Origin: Dysgonamonadaceae bacterium
GTDB lineage: Bacteria > Bacteroidota > Bacteroidia > Bacteroidales > Azobacteroidaceae
Length of the DNA stretch: 64,000 bases
Direction: 5' to 3'
Assembly: GCA_031271125.1 (NCBI GenBank)
Contig: JAISWH010000145.1
Location: 1,900-65,899 of the forward strand
This document shows positions 58,839-64,000 of the stretch, in pieces. The number at the start of each line of letters is the position of its first letter. Positions within the stretch are counted from its first letter, which is position 1. The notes under the pieces were generated by a model. That model searched no databases. It saw only the letters and a program-made list of their open reading frames with translations, and was not told the origin of the DNA. The translations under genes and the position numbers were made by a program.

Positions 58839-60357
58839 ATTTTGATTTAAAATAATTTAAAATTTTCTCTCTCATCTCTTTACTTAATGCAAAATAATAG
58901 GTTAGAACAGCAATAACCGTTATTGACGACGAAACGACGCATATCAACCTCAGCCAACCTTCGTCTAACGACAAATGTATAAACACCGGTAGGATAGACG
59001 AAACCAGCAATATCATGAAACATAACGGAAAAATCCGTTTCAAAAATCTTGCAACCGAAAACGCTTTTACCAACGATTTCAATACAAACAGAGTGGCAAA
59101 AAATGTCACCGCATATATACAAATCGTTGTCAGCATGGGAATATACACATTCTTACCAAACAGCAACAGTACATAAGCAATTACCGGAGCCGACAAACCA
59201 AGTATTCCGGTGGTAATATTCAAATTTTTCATTTGACCGGTTGCCACAATTCCGTAAGTTAAATTCATTCGCAAAATATCTACTAACACCGAAACAACTA
59301 ATAATTGACAAAAAATATTGGCATATTCCGGCACATTTCCCAACCAGATACCAAGAATAAAATCAATTTCCAAAATAACCGGTAACGATAAAGCAACAAG
59401 CAATATAAAAGAATATTTTGTTGCGTTAATCATTAAGCCTTCCATTTCTTTTATTTTATTTTTAGCATAATATTTTATGATCTGGGGTTTTACTGCCGTC
59501 AGAAAATCCATAGAAAACGTACTTATCGCCGCGCTCACTTGTGATGCTATTCCACAAGCAGCATTTATCGCTACGCCAAAAAATAAATTTAATACTACAT
59601 TGATCCCTTGTTTGCTGAAAGTGTACCCCATATTACCTAATAAATTCCATAAGGAATAGGAAAAAATCGGATAAATAATTGTTTTATCAAACGAAAATTT
59701 GCACCTGCATTCTTCAAAATGTTTTATACAATACATCCTGTATATCAATGTAATGAGGATAGAAACACATAGTGTGAGCAGGGCATAAAGAATAAGTTTA
59801 TCAAAATTTCCTATCAACAGCAAATAAACAATCAACAATTTCAAACTCACATTCAATATTTCAATGCCGGCATAAATGTCCATCTTCTCGTGCGAAATAA
59901 TAGAGGCATTATACGGAACTTGTGTTATAATTATCAGAGAATTCAACAATGCCAAATGATAAACCCATCTTGCCGCAATCATTCTTCCGCCGGGAATAAC
60001 CAACTTGTTTTCCAAATACCATAACCCGATGGTTTCTCCCAAAACAAGTATTATTAATGCAATGATAAGGTGAACAGTCAGTGAAGCGGAAAAAGTCTTC
60101 TTCAGTCTTTCCCTGTTATCGGTTCCTAATTCAAAAGTAAGAAACCGGCTACTCGCACTTGACATCGCATTGTTGATAAAATAAAACATCAGAATAAAAC
60201 TGCCCACAACAGCATAGATGCCAAAATCATCTACACCTAACGCTTGTAGAACAACCCTTGATGTATATAAACTTACCCCCATGGAAAACAACAATCTGAT
60301 ATATAAAAAGATTGTGTTCCGAGCTATGCGTTTATTATTTTCAGTTACAGACGACAT
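58816..60357 (-). CDS. Second polysaccharide flippase (Wzx/MATE-like)
   Basis: NKRIARNTIFLYIR, YTSRVVL.ALGV.DFGIY, VPYNA.II.HE.M, PQIIKYYA; -7 box at 60418-60425. Confidence 0.88.
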   Translation of the reverse strand: MSSVTENNKRIARNTIFLYIRLLFSMGVSLYTSRVVLQALGVDDFGIYAVVGSFILMFYFINNAMSSASSRFLTFELGTDNRERLKKTFSASLTVHLIIALIILVLGETIGLWYLENKLVIPGGRMIAARWVYHLALLNSLIIITQVPYNASIISHEKMDIYAGIEILNVSLKLLIVYLLLIGNFDKLILYALLTLCVSILITLIYRMYCIKHFEECRCKFSFDKTIIYPIFSYSLWNLLGNMGYTFSKQGINVVLNLFFGVAINAACGIASQVSAAISTFSMDFLTAVKPQIIKYYAKNKIKEMEGLMINATKYSFILLVALSLPVILEIDFILGIWLGNVPEYANIFCQLLVVSVLVDILRMNLTYGIVATGQMKNLNITTGILGLSAPVIAYVLLLFGKNVYIPMLTTICIYAVTFFATLFVLKSLVKAFSVARFLKRIFPLCFMILLVSSILPVFIHLSLDEGWLRLICVVSSSITVIAVLTYYFALSKEMREKILNYFKSKFGYKKFI

Positions 60358-60448
60358 TGATTTTCCATATATTCAATGGATGAGTTTTATCCGGTGTTGA
60401 TATTCTTAAATATAATGCAAAAATAGTAAATATTTCGATAAAAATATA

Positions 60449-61354
60449 TTATATATTATATATGCTTCTATTGTCATTTTTAGACATCAAGCAATCCAAA
60501 TAATCTTTGATTATCATTGTGCATTTTTTTGCACCTTTTTCATTGAAATGGTCATTGTCACCCATATCGGAATCATCAAACAAATCGGAATCGTATAAAT
60601 CTATTAAATGTATATTGGGCGAATTTCCATAATTATTTAACAGCGAGTATGTTTTTTTATACAATTCCTCTTTGGGTGGCAAGTTATTCTTTAATTTTGT
60701 AGAATATGGAGGAATTACAATAAAAATATGTTTATCATCTTCAATGATTTGTTCTATTGTTTTTTTTATCCAAATTATTTGGTCCGGTTCTCTTCTGTTG
60801 TCTTTCAGTATGTTTTGTGCCCTAACTCCGGCATTTGTTCCAATCATAAAAAACTTTTTCGTTTCATAACCGCAATAATTATCCGGCATATTCACCTTGA
60901 TTTTTTTACATTTTTTAATGATTTTTTTCTCTATTTTTTCATCAATAAATCCTTCTTCTTGATAGGGAATACCAAAAAAATACTTATAAGAAACCAGCCT
61001 GTATTTCTCTTTTATTCTTATCAAGGACATCCCATTCGCAAAACCATTCATAAAATATATCACATTTTTCAAATTAGAAAGTATTTCCTTGCATTTCAAA
61101 TATAAATGGTAATTGAAATACACATCGGAACTTGTCAATCCTAAATTATACGAATTATCAATGTATTGAGGAAGAAAAGCATAATCTGTGTTGGAACCTC
61201 TGATGGCTATAGTTTCTATTTGGGCGGCATGGTTTACAAGTCCTTGTTTTTTCCTATATACATAAACAAGATTTTCCTTACTGTCAAAATATCTATTTTT
61301 ATAATTTTTATATTTTGCGTATATGTTTTTTATATTTTTAAGTAATTTTTTCAT
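60449..61354 (-). CDS. SGNH/DltD-like hypothetical protein, very AT-rich
   Basis: AIRGSNT (block I-like), YNLG, DNDHFNEKGA (DxxH block V). Confidence 0.6.
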   Translation of the reverse strand: MKKLLKNIKNIYAKYKNYKNRYFDSKENLVYVYRKKQGLVNHAAQIETIAIRGSNTDYAFLPQYIDNSYNLGLTSSDVYFNYHLYLKCKEILSNLKNVIYFMNGFANGMSLIRIKEKYRLVSYKYFFGIPYQEEGFIDEKIEKKIIKKCKKIKVNMPDNYCGYETKKFFMIGTNAGVRAQNILKDNRREPDQIIWIKKTIEQIIEDDKHIFIVIPPYSTKLKNNLPPKEELYKKTYSLLNNYGNSPNIHLIDLYDSDLFDDSDMGDNDHFNEKGAKKCTMIIKDYLDCLMSKNDNRSIYNI

Positions 61355-61380
61355 GTTTTTATATTGTAGTTTATTATGAA

Positions 61381-62706
61381 TCAATTTTTTATTATTTTAT
61401 CAGCGGTATAAAGCGGAAAAATTTTAATATTTTGAAACTGTCCGAAATTCTCCATTGAGCAACGGATACCATATTTGCTGTTTTTTTCCGAAATAAACCT
61501 ATACATGCTTTGCATTGTTCCTTTTGTACCTGATTTTATCTCAACAGGTATAATATTGCTTTCCCGTTGGACTACATAATCGACTTCCGCTTCACTCCCA
61601 TATTTTTCGCGTTGCCAGTAATAAAGTTCGGATGGAAAATGAGTTGACGATGCTTTTTTCATTTCCAACCCGGCATACAATTCTGTTAATGTTCCATTAT
61701 TAACTTGTTCTAATCTATTGACATTCAAAAAATTACTTAAATCCAACTTTAAAAATCGCTGATAAATTCCCGTATCAAAAATTAGATATTTTCTATATTT
61801 TATATTTTGTTCGGCGGCAAGGGGCAAACCGTTTGCCGAGGTATGCGTTACCGGATAAACAATTCCTGCCAACTCAAGTAAATCGACACTTTCTTTTATT
61901 TGTAAATGATTTGCCGATTGAGAGGCTTTTGAATAAGTAAATTTTTCTCCTGTTTGCCTGATAATTGACGAAAACACTTCACGCAATCGCGATACCGGTA
62001 CGCGTTCTTTATATTTTGCAAAATCATCATAAAAGGTAAGAGTCAAATCATCAAGCGTTTGCTGACATTCAAGTAAAGTACCGCCATTGGCATACTTAGA
62101 TACAACTTCAGGCATACCGCCTATAAGTATATGCTTTAGTAATAATTCTTTACACTTCGCGTGAGTTTGTTCCGATAAAGGATTTTCGATGGTAGCTTCT
62201 TGTAATCGATCTGCAAGCATGTTTGCTCCCATTGCACGTATAAATTCATCAAACGAAAGAGGAAACATAAATAAAGAGCGAATACGCCCAACACCGAATG
62301 AAGGTACTTCCTGCAACGCAAATTCCAATAATGAACCGGCGGAAATAACATGTAAATCAGGCATTTCTTCATAGAAAAAACGCAACGAAGAAATTGCCGG
62401 AATACATGCCTGTATCTCGTCCAAAAAAAGCAATGTTTTCCCTGATACAATTGGCGTTTCATACATAAGAGATAATTCATCGCATAAAGTTTTAGGTGAC
62501 GAAGTTGTATTAAAAAGTTCTTTTACCTTTTTGTTTTGCTTTTTTTCAAAATTTATTTCCAGAAAATAATCAAACTTTTTCCCTAATTCCCGTACGGAAG
62601 ACGATTTCCCAACCTGTCTTGCACCACGTAACAACAAAGGTTTTCTTTCTGCTTCATTTTTCCACTCCAAAAGAGATTTATCTATCGTTCTATTTATATA
62701 ATTCAT
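61381..62706 (-). CDS. ATP-binding protein, AAA_14 + DUF4143 type
   Basis: LRGARQVGKS, LFLDEIQ, AGSLL, GGMPEV, K.LIFDTG, YYW....AEVDYV....PVEIKSG. Confidence 0.9.
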   Translation of the reverse strand: MNYINRTIDKSLLEWKNEAERKPLLLRGARQVGKSSSVRELGKKFDYFLEINFEKKQNKKVKELFNTTSSPKTLCDELSLMYETPIVSGKTLLFLDEIQACIPAISSLRFFYEEMPDLHVISAGSLLEFALQEVPSFGVGRIRSLFMFPLSFDEFIRAMGANMLADRLQEATIENPLSEQTHAKCKELLLKHILIGGMPEVVSKYANGGTLLECQQTLDDLTLTFYDDFAKYKERVPVSRLREVFSSIIRQTGEKFTYSKASQSANHLQIKESVDLLELAGIVYPVTHTSANGLPLAAEQNIKYRKYLIFDTGIYQRFLKLDLSNFLNVNRLEQVNNGTLTELYAGLEMKKASSTHFPSELYYWQREKYGSEAEVDYVVQRESNIIPVEIKSGTKGTMQSMYRFISEKNSKYGIRCSMENFGQFQNIKIFPLYTADKIIKN

Positions 62707-62734
62707 TTACTGCGAGATATAGTCAAGAATTATT

Positions 62735-62813
62735 TTTTTTGACACCGTAAAGTTACTAATTTTTTAATTATTTAGGGGCAATAAATACAAAATATTTTAA
62801 TTTTTTGACACCG
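62735..62813. promoter_or_regulatory. 13 bp direct repeat TTTTTTGACACCG flanking a putative promoter
   Basis: Identical copies at 62735-62747 and 62801-62813; -7-like TAACTTTA on the - strand at 62748-62755. Confidence 0.6.
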
Positions 62814-62817
62814 ATTT

Positions 62818-63387
62818 TCATTTTAATTCTTTTAGAGCCATTTGCATTACTTTTATTCCCCTCTCAATGTGCTTCTCTTTACCTTGATTGAAACCTTCCG
62901 GCAATATCTTATAGTAAATATTTTCTTCGTCGGTTTTAACAACTTCCGGATTGAATGATTGCACATACCGATGCGTATTATTGTCACGGCGGGCGTCGCT
63001 ATATAAAACTTTTTTGTCCAAAAACTCAAATCCTATTTCCGAACTGATGATATTTCCAATCACGGAAGCGCCAAGAAAAGCATCGGGGGAAAATATCCAA
63101 CTCCCTTGCGTAAACGAATCTTCCGTCATATCATAAATTCTCGCAACTCCCTGTCTCAGGTTATTTACCGAAAACATAAAATAATAATCCAAACCTTGGG
63201 TTTCTCTTTTTTTATAGGCTCTTATCCACTGCTTTTGAGCTTCAATATCAGACGAAGTTTCATGAATATACCTGCTTAAACGAGGAGCCGTACGCAAATC
63301 CACAATAAATTCCGCATCATCTTCATTTACAAGCCGAACTTGTAATCCGTAACGCTCTAAAATAAAATTTTCAGGTAATTTTTTCAT
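62818..63387 (-). CDS. GNAT-fold (RimJ/RimL-like) acyltransferase
   Basis: VRLVNEDDAEFIVDLR, Q..WI..YK.RE, DYYF, GVARIY, GSW. Confidence 0.7.
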   Translation of the reverse strand: MKKLPENFILERYGLQVRLVNEDDAEFIVDLRTAPRLSRYIHETSSDIEAQKQWIRAYKKRETQGLDYYFMFSVNNLRQGVARIYDMTEDSFTQGSWIFSPDAFLGASVIGNIISSEIGFEFLDKKVLYSDARRDNNTHRYVQSFNPEVVKTDEENIYYKILPEGFNQGKEKHIERGIKVMQMALKELK

Positions 63388-63388
63388 C

Positions 63389-64000
63389 TTATATGGTAAT
63401 ATTTATCGTCCTTCCGCCATCAACAACCAATTGCTGGCCGGTAATCCAACGTGCATCATCACTCAGCAAAAATTTGACTGCGCCGGCTATGTCTGAAGGC
63501 GTTCCGGGTCCAAGCGGATAAGTCGCATCTGCTTTTTTTTGAATTTCTTCATTCTGATAAATTTGTTCCGTCATCGCCGTCCGAATGCCTCCCGGCAATA
63601 CGGAATTGACTCTGACGACGGGAGCCAGCTCAACAGCAAGACAATGCATCAATCCGTCAACCGCCGATTTGGAAGCTGCGTAAGCGCTAAAGGCTTTTAC
63701 CCCGAATTTGCTTACATTGCTGGAAATGAAAACCACGCTTTTCAAAGCGCCTTGATTGACTTTCCGTTTCATCAATACTTTCATAATCATGCCGGCTGAA
63801 ATAACATTTACATCGAAAGATTGCCGGAAAGCATCGACAGTCAAAACTTTTAACGGTAACTGTTTCATATAACCGGCAGAATGTACGAATCCGCCGACAA
63901 CACAATTGTTTTCCGATAAAAACCGCGTAAGCGATTCTTCAACTCCGTTTACATCCGATAAATCAAATTCCCAAATCAGATGTTTGCCTGCCGGATTACA
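63389..64000 (-). CDS. SDR family oxidoreductase (FabG-like), 5' end outside the window
   Basis: Frame stays open to 64000 (…FDLSD…FVHSAGY), ISS, YAASK, VRVNSVLPG, WITGQQLVVDGG. Confidence 0.9.
   Translation of the reverse strand, partial: CNPAGKHLIWEFDLSDVNGVEESLTRFLSENNCVVGGFVHSAGYMKQLPLKVLTVDAFRQSFDVNVISAGMIMKVLMKRKVNQGALKSVVFISSNVSKFGVKAFSAYAASKSAVDGLMHCLAVELAPVVRVNSVLPGGIRTAMTEQIYQNEEIQKKADATYPLGPGTPSDIAGAVKFLLSDDARWITGQQLVVDGGRTINITI

Noticed and set aside
246-63905. Numerous short antisense or alternate-frame ORFs in the track (e.g. 19610-20413, 27784-28482, 50847-51596, 10048-10701)
   Set aside because: They overlap well-supported genes and show no recognisable motifs; treated as shadow ORFs.

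Overview
A 64 kb window of mostly core-genome DNA from a Bacteroidales bacterium. The assignment is inferred from the gene families, the T9SS genes and the many TAnnTTTG -7 promoter boxes. Genes present: sufCD, glyA, zupT, glmM, rhaD, ftsK-lolA-trxB-metA-thiD-thiS-thiE (double domain), iorAB, tldD/pmbA, gcvP, an M24 peptidase, T9SS plug, rsmE, mtgA, lipB, nagB-galM-sugar MFS, ruvA-sprA, a SurA/PpiD-like chaperone, rlmN, a degenerate pdxA, an inositol gene cluster and the distal end of a polysaccharide locus. I recognised no rRNA, tRNA, CRISPR array, transposase or phage genes. Three things stand out. (1) In the inositol cluster (MIPS, CDP-alcohol phosphotransferase-HAD fusion, acyltransferase), the nucleotidyltransferase is fused to an uncharacterised ATP-grasp domain. 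Its D-F-N-x-x-P motif looks more like ITPK1-type inositol phosphate kinases than peptide ligases. (2) A family of ~57-91 bp palindromic REP/MITE-like elements rewrites gene ends and sits in-frame inside iorA. (3) 7-8 bp tandem-repeat hairpins recur at gene 3' ends; their unit sequence varies but their architecture is conserved. All functional calls come from motif recognition by eye; no database search was run.
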